Shown here: positions 1-14,849 of the stretch, one piece after another | How positions within the stretch are numbered: the first letter of the stretch is position 1 | How the letters are laid out: each line of letters opens with the position of its first letter | Assembly: GCA_964016885.1 (NCBI GenBank) | Contig: OZ024752.1 | Span: 10,230,001-10,294,000, forward strand | Length of the DNA stretch: 64,000 bases | DNA from: Eledone cirrhosa | Taxonomy: Eukaryota | Direction: 5' to 3' | The notes under the pieces: model-generated | Database searches by the model: none | Told to the model about the DNA's origin: nothing | What the model saw: the letters and a program-made list of their open reading frames with translations, nothing else | Position numbers and translations under genes: made by a program

Positions 1-175
1 ATTATATATATATGATATATATATATATATATATGATATATATATATATATATGATATATATATATATATATGATATATATATATATATATGATATATAT
101 ATATATATATATATGATATATATATATATATATATGATATATATTATATATGATATATATATATATATATATATA

Positions 176-214
<39 letters not shown>

Positions 215-252
215 TATATATTATATATATATTATATATATATATATATATA

Positions 253-295
<43 letters not shown>

Positions 296-399
296 ATTAT
301 ATAATATATATATATTATATATATTATATATTATATATATATATTATAATATATATATATTATTATTATATTATATATATTATATATATATTATATATA

Positions 400-450
<51 letters not shown>

Positions 451-534
451 ATATATTATATATATATATATATATTATATATATAATATTATATTATATA
501 TTATATATATATTATATTATATATATATATTATA

Positions 535-633
<99 letters not shown>

Positions 634-636
634 ATT

Positions 637-670
<34 letters not shown>

Positions 671-872
671 ATATATATATAATATTATATTATATATATA
701 TATTATAATATATATATATATATTATATATATATATATTATATATATATTATATATAATATATATATATAATATTATATATATATATATTATATATATAT
801 ATTATATATATATATATTATATATATATATTATATATATATATATATATATTATATTATATATATATTATAT

Positions 873-953
<81 letters not shown>

Positions 954-1035
954 ATTATATATATATATTATATATATATATTATATATATAATATATATA
1001 TATAATATATATATTATATTATATATATATATTAT

Positions 1036-1079
<44 letters not shown>

Positions 1080-1126
1080 ATTATATATATATATATTATA
1101 TATTTATATATATAATAATATATATA

Positions 1127-1182
<56 letters not shown>

Positions 1183-1786
1183 TATATATATATATATATA
1201 ATATATAATAATATATATATATATTATATATTATATATATATATATTATATATATATTATATATATATATAATATATATATAATATATATATATTATATA
1301 TATTATTATAATAATATTATATATAATTATATTATAATATATATATTATTATATAATATATTATATATATATATATATATTATATATAATATATATATAT
1401 ATATATATATTATTATATATATAATATATATAATAAATTATATATATATATAATACTATATATAATATACTATATTATATTAATATATATATATTATATA
1501 TATATATTATTATAATATATATATATTAAATATATAATATATATTATATATTATATATTATAATNNNNNNNNNNNNNNNNNNNNNNNNNNNNNNNNNNNN
1601 NNNNNNNNNNNNNNNNNNNNNNNNNNNNNNNNNNNNNNNNNNNNNNNNNNNNNNNNNNNNNNNNNNNNNNNNNNNNNNNNNNNNNNNNNNNNNNNNNNNN
1701 NNNNNNNNNNNNNNNNNNNNNNNNNNNNNNNNNNNNNNNNNNNNNNNNNNNNNNNNNNNNNNNNTTATATATATATATATATATTT

Positions 1787-1818
<32 letters not shown>

Positions 1819-2055
1819 ATTATATATATATATATATTATATATATATATTATATATATATATATATTATATATATATATATATATTATATATATATATA
1901 TATTATATATATATATTATATATATATATATATATTATATATATATATATTATATATATTATATATATATATATTATATATATATATATATATAATATAT
2001 ATATATATAATATATATATATATATATTATATATATATATATATATATTATATAA
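1..2055. repeat. Degenerate (TA)n microsatellite field containing an assembly gap (N run about 1565-1763)
   Basis: Directly visible; the 202-aa I/Y ORF is its translation. Confidence 0.98.
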
Positions 2056-2061
2056 AATAAA

Positions 2062-2133
2062 GGGTCGATAAAATAAAGTACCAGTAATGTACTGGGTAAT
2101 TACTGGCCTTGTGCCAAAAGTAGAAACAATTAT
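2062..2133 (+). mobile_element. 5'-truncated SINE family 1
   Basis: GGGTCGATAAAATAAAGTACCAGTAATGTACTGG...GTAGAAACAATTATT matches the 3' half of the full copies. Confidence 0.85.
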
Positions 2134-3177
2134 TAATGTGAAAAACTCGGATTACATTTATATATATAAAGGGAGAGTGCGAGTGAGAGAGAGAATGTTA
2201 CATGGATGTTGGTCGTTGTGTAGCTCATAATTTGCGAATACAACTTCTAATTGAATAGCTATTTACTGTTGGAGAGAAAGAACACAGGAAGAAAGGAAAT
2301 GTTTTTGCAATGGAGGAATTCGGTCAGCAATTAGCTGAATGTTTAATGTAAAACACATTTAGATAAATACGTACACTACACAAAATAACTAGAATCCTAT
2401 ATTTAAAGAGACAGAATATACTTTGAAAATAGAAACATTATTATCCATATTTAAATGAATGCAAGAAATACTTAAGTTATATGGAGTTTAACTATGAATG
2501 ACCTCACTTTATATTATTTTTAATTTAATGTTGGTTTCTATATATTTTTTCCTATCTATAATGATTATGTGACAATCTAGAACACGGTAAACAAATCCGA
2601 ATACATGAAATTATTAAGATAACTATAGTCTCTTTAAAATTTGTTCAGCAATCAGTATCTATGGTTTTATCTCACATAATAAACAGATGAACCAAGTGAT
2701 AAGTTAATAGGCCTAAAATATTCTAGAAATTCTTCAATATCAGTGATAATCCTATAATTGTAAATATGAACTTATCTAACTTAATTTCGGAATCAATAAT
2801 ATTATTATTATTATTATTATTTCTGTGACTTATAGAGCTTCTCGAAGTTTGTATAATTTTGTAAATCTCCTTAAATTGATAATGTCAGTATCATCACAAC
2901 TATTATTGACGAACTAATCGCATAAACTACACCTATTGTATGTCACTTCAGACTTTCGAACTAATCGTGAAATAACGTTTAAGAAAGTTATTGCACTGAT
3001 GTATATTTACATATATTTTGATAGCACTTATCATTTACTCTAGATGTGTCTTGCTGTATACCTTAATTTCTTAATTAAATATGGAGTAGGACCCATAGTG
3101 TAAAACTCAGTCGCTGAAAATGGAGGCTATAGATATGCGTTGAAGCATTCTTACACAGCAGATAGATATATGCATAA

Positions 3178-3245
<68 letters not shown>

Positions 3246-5405
3246 CCAGTATTCATAAATACACACACACAGACACTATTCATGAATAGGATCACATACA
3301 CAAACACACACACACATATATATATACACACACACACACACACACGCATACATGAATACATAAATGCATAACACATACATGCATTATATACATAAATACA
3401 TACAGACACACATGCATGCATTATATACATACATATAAGTATAGATACATGCATACATTCATATATTGATACATACGCATACATCTTTAATATACACCTC
3501 GTATGATATCACACGTCTTAATATATATCTTAATTACCAACACGAACGCTATTTATATGCAGTTTAATACGTCCATTTCCAAAAGTTGCCATTGGCCACT
3601 AAAGGAAGGTATACACCTGAACACAACCCGAAACATCGAGGCGACGTGGTTGTATGTATACCTTCTTTTATGCCCCCTATGCGTCTTCCCATACATTGAG
3701 GGATAAGCCGTTTTGTGTCGCCTCGGTCTCAGCAACGCAGTCTTTTATATATGTTTTATATGACAAACATTATACCATATCAGGTGATCATAAAGCCATA
3801 CCTGTGTATTGTTCTGAGAATGGATGTTCGTTCAAATTATATATTTTTTGAGAATGTTCCAAGATAATCGGAGTCAGAATTGTTTTAATTGCACTGCATT
3901 TAACACACAGACAATTAAATAAAGTAAACTGAGCCGTATTTAGTTGGTGGAAGAACGAGCTACCCATTTTAGAAACAAGTTTAAAAATATGTGAAGTATG
4001 TTTTTTGTAGTTGATATCATTTTATTTATGGAATATATGATGTAAATACAGTTTAACAGTAAAAGAAAAAAATGTAAATTCAGATTTAGATGAAAGGAAT
4101 GTAAAATAGGAAAATATAGAGCGAGATTTAATATGTTCTTCTTTTCCAAGAATAGAACGGTTACGTACCAGTTATATACGTAGAACTAAGCAATAGACAC
4201 TACGTCTTAACTTTAGATTTTCTTCTTTGTGTATATTTCGAAATCGATGGTAATGTTACATTATATGTTTGATGCTACATAATATTCTATCCATTATTCA
4301 TCTACGGGATGAATAATTAATTTAATAGGATTCATACAATTGAGAATTTGAATTTGAATAGCATTTATCTCGATATTCACAATAACAAATAACAGTATGT
4401 TGGTAAAAGATATGGGACTGTTTGAAAAATTAATTTAATAAAGAATTCTACAAGAGTTTCAAAACCTATTAAAGGAAATAAACAATTTGTTTCACAAATT
4501 CAAGAAAACATTCAAATAAGATTCTAAGTCGTTAAATGCGTCAGTGTAAGCACTAATTTGATTAGAGTAAATAGACATTAAAATGCTATTAGTGTAATTG
4601 TTAAATATATAGTAGTGCAGAACATCATGTATAGTTTGTAACGAATGTTTATTGGCCAATATTGATTTATTACTTAATCAAAAGTTTTGTGATATCCAAC
4701 ATATATATTTTATATGTATTTTATTTTATATTATATTACAATCTGTAGAGATATAGCGCCGTTGATTGCTGGTTCATTGAAATTCTGATTAGGAGTGTGA
4801 CACGTGCGTAGCAGTAATTCAATTAAGTCTGTTCGAAGAGCACCGTTTTCATACCGATGTTAACATTCTCCAGATATATACACACTGAAGTATATAAGTA
4901 TATATACAAAAGTGAATATATGTTGGCTATCAACTTACTGTCATGGTTGTTATGTAACCTCTAAATCTTGCTGCTTAGCATCACGTCATATTACAGACCG
5001 TAGTGCTAACTAGTGCCGTCATAAAAATGATTGTCTGCTGTTGGTATGCTGCAAATCTATATGTTCTCTTATATGTTCGAGTGATACATATCATTATGAG
5101 TTGGGTATATATAATACGTGTCTGCCTCGCATGTGATTTCAAGAAATTAACCGATCAAGTTTACGATATCAGTGGTCTATGTCCTGTATACACCACGCAG
5201 TTCTATGATTTCTAGCTTTAGAGTTTCCCCTGGCTCTAACAATTTTCCGTGTTTTTTCTACCGCAATTTTAAGCTACTGCTACTGTAGTTACCCAAGAGT
5301 TTAAATCGACATGTTTAGTTAACACAATAATACGCCTTTAGAAGTTTTATTTATTTATTTATTCAACGGCATATTATTTGAATTTATTAAATACTTCACA
5401 CTTAT

Positions 5406-5526
5406 CTATCTATCTAAGGCGGGTAAAATTCCCGAGATCCATGGACGAGTTCTCTCCAGCGGTCTCTGTCCTTCATTATCGCTGCCATATCCTGCATCTC
5501 CAACAGACCAGTGTCTGTCCTTAGGG
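5406..5526 (-). mobile_element. RTE-like LINE extreme 3' end with target-site duplication
   Basis: Minus strand reads LRTDTGLLEMQDMAAIMKDRDRWRELVHGSREFYPP* followed by a (GATA)n tail; CACACTTAT is duplicated at 5397-5405 and 5527-5535. Confidence 0.75.
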
Positions 5527-5599
5527 CACACTTATACCGTATAAAAATAGTGATTAATTATGTAACAGGATTACGTTGAACCTAAACATATAATAATAC

Positions 5600-5850
5600 A
5601 TACAGGAATCGCAAACACAAGGTTCTAAAAACCTTCGCTAAGTACAAGCCACTTCCTCCCTACAGACAACTGACGCTGCACACCAGGTCCGAACACAGAA
5701 TTACCGAACTCCCACCGTCATCGGATCCATCTCGCTCGCCCTCCCCATCTCTCTGTATTATGAGAAAATGATGTCCCACCTGCTGGCCGTCCTATGGGCC
5801 CGCTGGACAGAATGAAGAAGGCGTTTCCCCGGCGGATGGTAAGGGAGTCG
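5600..5850 (-). mobile_element. CRE-like non-LTR retrotransposon 3' fragment, family A
   Basis: Homologous to 28350-28745 (CACAAGGTTCTAAAAACCTTCGCTA, GAAGGCGTTTCCCCGG). Confidence 0.7.
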
Positions 5851-6562
5851 CTGTGCTCTGTCCTACCGGAAACACTTGCCTTGACAAAGAAAATGCTATA
5901 GATGTCATGCTCTGAACAACAAAGTTCGTAAGATCTAACATTAGATGCTCTCTTAATTTATAGATACCGTGTTATCACCTTATATGTACATGTCTTCTTT
6001 AATGTTACATATTTACATAAAAAGGTGTTCATATTCAAGTTTCTGATAAGCCGATAAGTAATAGTATTTGTCTTGCTGTGTACTTCACTCTACAATATAC
6101 AATTTTCAATTATTCGTAAATTGAAACTATTATATGTGTCTAAATAAAACTAGATAAAAAGAGGAATTGAAATTTTCCGATCTTGCGGAAGAGCCCAGTA
6201 GAACAGGGTCCGAGTACACTTGATGACTTAACGGTGACTGGTGCGAAGAGGGAGCGGGCGGAGAATCTTCGTTATTTCTTTCTCCTTCTTTCCTCTGCAT
6301 TGGAGCCTGCATTACTGCGATTTGTAGCCGAAGCGCCTAAGTTGGAGGCGGAGAATGTGTCACAACATGTGGTGTCTAATTCCGTTGATCACCCAGCATA
6401 ATGTTTTTTGGAATCAAGTTTCTTGGCGTCGTTTGACGTACGTTTTATTCTTCATCAGTAAACATTTTGACAACAGAGAGAATGCGATCTGTACAAACAA
6501 ATGCACAATATTCCATTGACAAATATGTTCTTTCATTTTGCTTTTACTCATATTATTAACTT

Positions 6563-6736
6563 CGGTAGAAGGTCGGACGCCATGCTTTGACGCATAGAGT
6601 TACGGCCCTTGCCATTCTGAGTTAAAATCCCGCCGAGGTTAACTTTGCCTTTCATCCTTACGGGGTCGATAAAATAAAGTACCAGTAATGTACTGGTTAA
6701 TTGCTGGCCTTGTGCCAATAGTAGAAACAATTATTA
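6563..6736 (+). mobile_element. SINE family 1 (tRNA-derived head, MetaSINE-like central domain)
   Basis: B-box-like GAGTTAAAATCC, central CTTTGCCTTTCATCCTTACGGGGTCGATAAAAT, TTATTAACT on both flanks. Confidence 0.9.
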
Positions 6737-7469
6737 ACTATATCACAAGTACACTTCAGTTTGACAGCGTCAATTATTTTCTCTTTTAATTTTTTTTCTC
6801 GTAACTTTTCCAGCTCATGTTTAAAGGAAGCTGTTATTAACGGTGGAAATGTCCTTAATATTTGGTAACTGTTCTTCAGACTCATACGCAAGATAATTGT
6901 AATATCATCCCCTATATAAAAGCAAAAATGCCAATCGCTAATAAATTTAACTATTGTGATCGTGTTGAAATTATATTCCACCATTTGATATAAAATAACA
7001 ACTCAAACAAAACTGATATAAACAACTTTAGAAATATTACTGCACCTCAATCCTAACATTCAGCTGCAAGAAGCAATGAAAATAATGATAATGATATTCT
7101 CTTTATCTGCCATAAATGCTACTTATTACCAAATAAAACAAATAGCAACTGAAAGCAACTGAAATTATGTAGGAATATACGGAAGAAAATGGAATAAATC
7201 ATAAAAAAAGCCCTGAAACTTATAATCGAAATTATTAGAGAAAATTTTTGTATATAACAACATTCCTAATAATTGGTGGTTATCAAATATATATGACATT
7301 TATAAAGCAACATACATTATTATTCTTATCCGAATCCGACATTCTAGCGACTCTGCTCTTTTTTGCAATAATTTATTTCGTTATAATTTATATCTGCGTC
7401 ATAAAAGGTACAGTTTGCTCACGACCTTCAATTGGAACCGTGATTACAATGGGTATGCGACATCTGAGA

Positions 7470-7915
7470 AACACATCTCTTGTGGCGCTAATGTCAGCCA
7501 ATTGCAGACTGAGCATCAACATAGAAAATCTCTCTCCACAAAGTTTGATCACCAGCAGCAGAGTTTAAAGAGCAAAGATCACGTCCAGTCCATAGGTTGA
7601 CATTATCAAGCCATCGTTTGGGCTGTCGGCCTCATCTTCTCTTACCAGCCAACCTTCCTTCCACGAGTTAATCTTTTTATATGACTGTATAGTTTGTATA
7701 CTCTTGACATGGCGATTGATATAATTGGACTAAGTTTGGTAATGTTGAGCAGCTCACTGATACAGCTACGGCCGCTGAGCCGCTTGCCAGTAATAAGTCT
7801 CATGATGTGGTTCTGGAATGTAGAGAGCTTCTCTAGTGACCTTGTCTAATTGACACAGTCAAGACCAAATAATACAACTGGTAGGATATAAGTATCGAAG
7901 ATCTTAGCCTTCAGA
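7470..7915 (-). mobile_element. RTE-clade LINE 3' fragment (decayed)
   Basis: Minus strand reads KAKIFDTYILPVVLFGLDC...KLSTFQNHIMRLITG...GKRR*GRQPKRWLDNV...DQTLWREI; a partial duplicate lies at about 7950-8015. Confidence 0.85.
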
Positions 7916-8819
7916 TGTTAGGAAACTCGTTACATATATAACCTACTCACACCACGAGTTGATCTTTTTGTATGGCCGTATAGTTTGAGTACTCTTGACA
8001 AGGCAATTGATTTAAATGGTGTGTGCGTGCGTGTGCGTGCGTGTGTGTGCCAGCTCACACATATGCAGGTTGAGCTAGCCTCCTGTAAGTTATATCTCAT
8101 TGGAGGTGTCTTGGGTGATTTAATGATAGGGACCTATGTTTGGTAATGTCTGTTTGGTAATGTCTATGTTTGGTAATGTGAAACACATATGTGTTAATAC
8201 CGCAAGGTAATTGCACCTGAGTAGCAGATACTACACAGATTGCTATTGCAAAGTTAAACATCCATAGCTATTAGTAAGCTATGACATTCTACATTCAACG
8301 TAATGGATATTCATGTTTCGGAGATAACAGCTAATTCTTCACGTTTTGTTATAATTACCATCATTTACAACTGTTTCTAAATGCCATCGTATACGTTCGG
8401 CCTGTTTCTATGTCTACTATCTTTCCTCTTTTATTCTTTTTGACAATATGGTTTCTTTCAGCTTGTTTTTAATTAATGTATCCTTGTTGCCATTGATAAC
8501 CTGAAATAAGGGAAATCACTTCATCCCATTATGTCATTCCTGGCCGACGATATATCAACTGACATTTGGAACAATTGTGTTGACTAATGTCGGTAAACGA
8601 CTAATGTCGGTAAACGACTAACATATTTAGATAACTACTGGAAAGAAAACTGTTTGAGATAAAACTGGACTATGTAAATAGGTTGTGGTGAGACTAAAGC
8701 AATACGACGTCGCTTACATCCTCGAGTTATGAAATATTTAATCAGATTTTGTCTGGAATTATTAACTGAGTAAACATTGGGTATCGATAATAAAGCTTCC
8801 AAACTGTGACGCACACGTA

Positions 8820-8856
8820 TACACACATATATATATATACACACACACACACAGAC

Positions 8857-8894
<38 letters not shown>

Positions 8895-8966
8895 ACACAC
8901 GCACACATATATACCCACATATATATATATACAGACGAACAAACATTTATACACACGCACAAATAC

Positions 8967-9015
<49 letters not shown>

Positions 9016-9054
9016 CATATATATATATACATATACACATATATATATATATAT

Positions 9055-9085
<31 letters not shown>

Positions 9086-9219
9086 TACATATATATACAT
9101 ATATATACACATATATATATATACATACATATATATACATATATATACACATATATATATATACATATATATACATATACATATATATATATACATATAT
9201 ATACATATACATATATATA
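8820..9219. repeat. (TA)n/(CA)n compound microsatellite
   Basis: Directly visible. Confidence 0.95.
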
Positions 9220-9832
9220 CAGCAACATTAACATTTTCGCTGATGATTCCAAGCTCCAAAAGGTCATCAATGGCGTGGATGACCGGATAAGCCTTCAGTC
9301 AGACCTTCTGGCTGTTACCCAATGGGCAGAAAAGAACAACATGTTACTGAACGAAGACAAATTCGAACTGATCCACTTTGGAAAAGAGGATGCTCTGAAA
9401 CTCCCGTACTCCCTTCCCTCCGGGGAAACTCTCGTGGCATCTAACAACATCAGAGACTTGGGAGTAACCGTGGACAGCAACATAAGCTGGACCACGCATA
9501 TAAGCAGCAAAGTTGACATGGCCCGCAGAATGTGTTCCTGGATCCTCAGAACCTTCCAGTCGAGAGATTCCCGCACCATTATCCTTCTCTTCTCTACTTT
9601 TGCCCGACCACACCTTGAATACTGTTGTCCACTGTGGTTTCCCCACACGAAACAAAGTATCATGAAACTTGAAGCTCCTCAAAGGGCAATCACGAAAAAG
9701 ATAGATGGCATGTCAGACCTTGACTACTGGGGTCGATTAGAAAACCTGAAACTTTACTCACTCCAACGTCGCCGTGAGCGTTATATTATCTGCATGATGT
9801 GGAGAATGTTCCATCATCACTGCCCAAATGAT
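9220..9832 (+). mobile_element. CR1/L2-group LINE, C-terminal reverse transcriptase region
   Basis: Open frame with [45 protein letters not shown]. Confidence 0.93.
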
Positions 9833-9873
9833 AGACATATATGTATATATATATATATATATACATGTCTATC

Positions 9874-9912
<39 letters not shown>

Positions 9913-9921
9913 GTCTATCTA

Positions 9922-9952
<31 letters not shown>

Positions 9953-9961
9953 GTCTATCTA

Positions 9962-10011
<50 letters not shown>

Positions 10012-10014
<3 letters not shown>

Positions 10015-10407
10015 CTTTGAATAACTTTGAATAACTTTGAAATGTTTTGGCCAGTATCGGCCCAGGCCATGTCTAACTTAATAGCACCACCTGGCGAAGT
10101 CTTTCAATTCAGGATTTGGGCACCATGGCCCATTCGAGAAGAGAATTACTGTTTGCGGAGACATATCCGGGTGTGGGTGGTTTGTCCGGGATTACTTGGA
10201 GGAATTTGTCCAAAGACTTCTTGAATTTTGTGTGGTCAGTTTCTGTTTTGACGTGTCCTGGTGTAATGTTGAAGAGAGCAGGGCCGATTGAGGTGAAATA
10301 ATTGTGCCGTATTGTTGTTATGAGTTGCGATTTAGATTTTTGAATGGGACGGATAGCACGGGGCCCAAGCCTTGGGTGTATCTTGAAGGCGATGCCAACA
10401 TCATTAT
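10012..10407 (-). mobile_element. Inverted 3' end of the same CR1/L2-group LINE
   Basis: NDVGIAF...GPALFNITP...[27 protein letters not shown], then stop and a (TTCAAAGTTA)3 tail. Confidence 0.9.
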
Positions 10408-10432
10408 ACATATATATATATAGATAGACATA

Positions 10433-10464
<32 letters not shown>

Positions 10465-10468
10465 GATA

Positions 10469-10506
<38 letters not shown>

Positions 10507-10692
10507 GACATATACATATAGACATATATATATAGACATATATATATAGACATATATATATAGACATATATATATAGACATATATATATAGACATATATA
10601 TATAGACATATATATATAGACATATATATATAGACATATATATATAGACATATATATATACATAGTTCTATACATACATAGTTCTATACATA

Positions 10693-10732
<40 letters not shown>

Positions 10733-10734
<2 letters not shown>

Positions 10735-11000
10735 TAATATAAAACGAAAAATCAGTGATGCATCTGGACTCAGTTTATTGTGTCTTACAATTGTTTCGTC
10801 GGCAGGTAGCTCGAGACACGATTATTGTATGGATCTGTCTGATTCTAGATCTGCAGGTTCTTCGGACACATGCAATAAACACACAATAAACTGAGTCCAG
10901 ATGCATCACTGATCTTTCGTTTTATATTATATCCCATTCTGCTCTGTAAGAACAGTGTTCAACTGGCATACCACTATGGAAGCATCATAGCTACCATTAA
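10733..11000. mobile_element. (TA)n-embedded fold-back element with hammerhead-like motif (minus strand)
   Basis: Arms about 10733-10783 and 10881-10931, then a roughly 70-nt tail; minus strand has CCGAAGA...GAAACAATTGTA. Confidence 0.7.
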
Positions 11001-11002
11001 AT

Positions 11003-11044
<42 letters not shown>

Positions 11045-12164
11045 TGGCTGCCAACTCGTTTTCGAGTACGGCCACTACTTTATATCCATATAGGAGAACC
11101 CCTACCGATGCACTGAACGAGTGTGACCTTTTAGTCCAGCCAGCGACTTGAAAACTCTGGTACAAACACTACACTTGTGACAAATATTGACACATAGTGC
11201 TGGGGCCATGGTACCCTGTGACGACAAGTGCAGAGAGATCTCCAGATATAAAGCAATGCCTGTGCCGTGAAGCTTTTATAGTGAGCAAAGGCACTGCACA
11301 AAGCCAGTCCCACTCTCTTAACCAAGATGATATTTACCAAAAAGAAGATATATACCAAAAAGAAGGTATATATATATATATATATATATACATACACGTA
11401 TGTATATAGATATAAGTATGCATATATACATACATACTTATATACTTACACATATGTATATATGCAGAAATATATATATATATATATAGAGAGATACATG
11501 AATATTTAAATACATTTATACATATATATATATATATACATATTTTTCACGTATTCATTAAAATCCAAATATGCCTTAATATTCTTTGATTGCAGCTATG
11601 GTCCAGGGGAAATATAGAAGGAAAGAAACCCCCAAAATGCGTATAATAGATGTAATTGACGTAAATAATATACATATATTGCAAACTGTAATACATATAT
11701 GTATGTAATGTTATACATGAATTCGCTTGTGTGTAAATGTACAGCTACATATGTGTGTATCCATGTGTGTACTCATGTATGTATTTATGTATGGGAAAGC
11801 ATGTGTATGTAAGCTAAATTCAGTCTCGCCGTATATGACACATATATGGTGCACACTCTATTAACCCTTTTGCTTTCACATTATTTTCTATATACTATTA
11901 TATTTTCATGATAAATGCTTTATCTCACATAATATCGAATCTATGAGATTTTGAAATTATTTATTTTGAGATCAATAGCTTAATATCAGTTTGAGGGACC
12001 AGTTACAGCCAGTTTCAACAGAAAAAGGTAAAGATTTTGACCGGTTTGAACCCTAAAGGTTTAATTGTCAGCTGATCTGAATTGATCTGAAATAATTTCG
12101 CATTGTATGCATTCTTCTTTTCTATCGTGTATATATTTCAATTACAATATTAGGCTCTAATGTG

Positions 12165-12340
12165 CGTTGGATTGGCAGTATCGGTAGAGGGTCGGACGCC
12201 ATGCTTTTACGCATAGAGTTACGGCCATTCTGAGTTCAAATCCCGCTGAGGTTAACTTTGCACTTCATCCTTACGATAAAATAAAGTACCAGTAATTCAC
12301 TGGATATTTGCTGGCCTTGTGCAAAAAGTAGACATTATTA
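12165..12340 (+). mobile_element. SINE family 1
   Basis: Near full length; TATTAGGCTCTA on both flanks. Confidence 0.9.
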
Positions 12341-12419
12341 GGCTCTAGTATAAGAGTGTGTTTCTTGGTGCTCAAGTATATAGTATGATGTAACCGAGGT
12401 GCTGACTAATCTTACGTAT

Positions 12420-12630
12420 TGGTTTCTGATTTAGACACAAAACCAACAATTTGGGGGAGGAGAAAGTCGATTAAAACGACCCCAGTACGTTACTGGTGCT
12501 TTGTTTTGTCGACCCCGTACGGATGAATTGTAAAGTTAACCTCAGCGTGATTTGAACTCAACTCATAAAGGGCCGTAACTCTATGCTGCAAGGTATGGCG
12601 TCCGACTCTACCAGTACTACCCATGCGCCG
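12420..12630 (-). mobile_element. SINE family 1, older or variant subfamily
   Basis: Reverse complement shows the B-box, the GGGGTCGAC core and an extra GGGGTCGTTTTAATCGAC block. Confidence 0.75.
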
Positions 12631-13277
12631 CAACAGCAATATTAGTATCAAGAACACCACCACCAACAACACCACCACCAACACTTGGGTTTCAATTGTA
12701 CTCTTAATTCGTAAGAGTTCGCTTGGTTAAAACCGAACTCTCGAGAGAGATCTCACATAGGCTGTTGGCGACATCGCATTCCGATAATCGTAATTCAGCG
12801 ACACTCATAGCTCTGTTCGGTAAAGTTTCCATGAATTTCATCCAGCTATTTTTTGTAGTCACAGAAGACTGTAAATGATTGTAAATATTCTCTAAATACA
12901 GCATCATTATGTTATCATTTACATTATTGACTATTTTGGAAACTTTTGTTAAATACATACACATTATTTAAGATGAATGCATACCTTTTATTACTTGTCA
13001 TATTTACAACCCAATTAATAGATCTGTATATCATGGAGTCTCTAGATTATTAATGTTATGAGATGTGGTGGAAATCAAAGTAACTATATATAGTATAAAT
13101 TGAAATTCAATTTGTAAATTGATATGAATTTATGAGGTTTGTATTATAAGACTATAAGAGCAATATCTAATGATGCATTTAAGATAACTGCTGTTTATAT
13201 GAGCGCACACACACAGTGACACACACACGAAATCAGGAGAAGCACCGGCCAAATGAGCCTTCTGGCTTAAGACAGAC

Positions 13278-13310
<33 letters not shown>

Positions 13311-13364
13311 GATCTATCTATCTATCGATCTCTCTCTCTCTATATATATAGAGATAGATAGATA

Positions 13365-13580
13365 AGTGTGTCTTAAGCCAGAAGGCTCATTTGGCTGGTG
13401 CTTCTCCCGATTTCATGGCGTAAAGCGACTGAGAGTACAAGACACCCGCCAGCTATTGTTGGTACTGATTTTCAGCTGAGTATATTGGAGCAGCATGAAA
13501 TGAAGTGTTTTGCACAAGAACGCAGCACGCAACCCAGGAATCGAACCCACACATTATGATCTAAAGTCCAACACCCTTAT
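13365..13580 (-). mobile_element. SINE family 2, with an inverted copy of its 3' tail at about 13230-13285
   Basis: B-box GGGTTCGATTCC, GTTCTTGTGCAAAACACTTCATTTCA, tail AAATGAGCCTTCTGGCTTAAG followed by (TATC)n. Confidence 0.8.
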
Positions 13581-14029
13581 ATGCGTATATATATATATAT
13601 TCAAGACGCATATATACAGTATGTGTTTGAGTAGTTTGGAGAAATTAATTATCTAACGGGTTTGAATCAGTGAGCGATAGACAATTAAATATTCGTTTTG
13701 TCTTAAACACAGATTTGTGCTGTAAACTCAATTCAAGCAAATTAAAAAAGAAATAAAGATAGACCAGTATTTGTAATCTCACTGGTTTATTATTTCTTGA
13801 GACAAACTGCTACACACACCACGTAAATAATACCTAGATCACATGTAGATATATTAAACGCAATATGTTAACCATTCAAGGAATACTTATGATTTTCATG
13901 TTTGTGTCTTTGTTTAGAAAATTGACGAGAATAAGTCTACCTAGCACAACAAGTGTTTGCTTTAGCATATGTCGTTGATGTCATTGTCCATGCAGCAGGC
14001 TAAATTTACAAACCTAAACTGCTGTGTAC

Positions 14030-14172
14030 GTTGGGTCATGGCCCCTTCCAAAACATTTTTTTAAAATCATCTTCACATAAAAATAATTTTTGAATAATTA
14101 AAATATACACCGACATGTATATAATGTGAAATGAAACTGGAAGGCCCATCTATATGTGTGTGTGTATATACA

Positions 14173-14224
<52 letters not shown>

Positions 14225-14557
14225 GGTGGCTGATCTATATACACTGGTCATAGACACGTACACATGTATACACAACAACACCATCCGCTCTCTCTTCCAT
14301 TCCCCTTATCTGTCTCCTCTCCCTATCTTTCAATCTATCTTTCTCTCTCTCTCTGTTTATGAAGGTACACGGAAAAAACCCATATCTCGGGCACCCTTGG
14401 TCCAATTTACGCAAAACTTGTTTTGTTCCATTTGTAGTCCCATTTCTGTGTCAACTTCATTTCAAAGTATTTTCCAATTATGCGCCCTTTTGGTTGTATT
14501 AATGACAGACAAGCAAACAAGCAAGCAAGCCAGCCCAGACTTTTAGTAATATGTGGA
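14030..14557 (-). mobile_element. Non-autonomous Helitron-like element
   Basis: Reverse-complement homologue of 36786-38401, with an internal (TA)n tract and a 5' (GCTT/GTCT)n block. Confidence 0.65.
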
Positions 14558-14849
14558 TATATATTATATGTACCACGACAATCAAAAACAAAATGCGTCT
14601 ATCTGAATTTCAATTCAAATTTGCAAGAACTATAATAAATACTATAATTTATATAATCAAGCTAAGCAATATTTTCTACTCTACAACCATTGTAATCTTC
14701 CTAAATTGCTGATTGTTAACTTATATCCTTTCTGATATTTTCAATTCAAGTCACATTTATAAGTTTCCTTTAGCCAATTATAACCTGTAAACAGATTTAT
14801 AGTATAAGCTCGTAATGTGGGATTTCAGAGTAAAAATGGGTGGCTGTTG

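Noticed and set aside
150-758. Long I/Y/C/V/H/T-rich ORFs here and at 8.6-9.3, 37-38.3 and 41.3-42.6 kb
   Set aside because: Translations of (TA)n/(CA)n microsatellites.
6740-6915. Possible minus-strand host exons here and at about 12704-12890, 16008-16130 and 57700-57780
   Set aside because: Open frames with some splice-like sites, but no recognisable protein and no consistent exon chain. RNA-seq would be needed.
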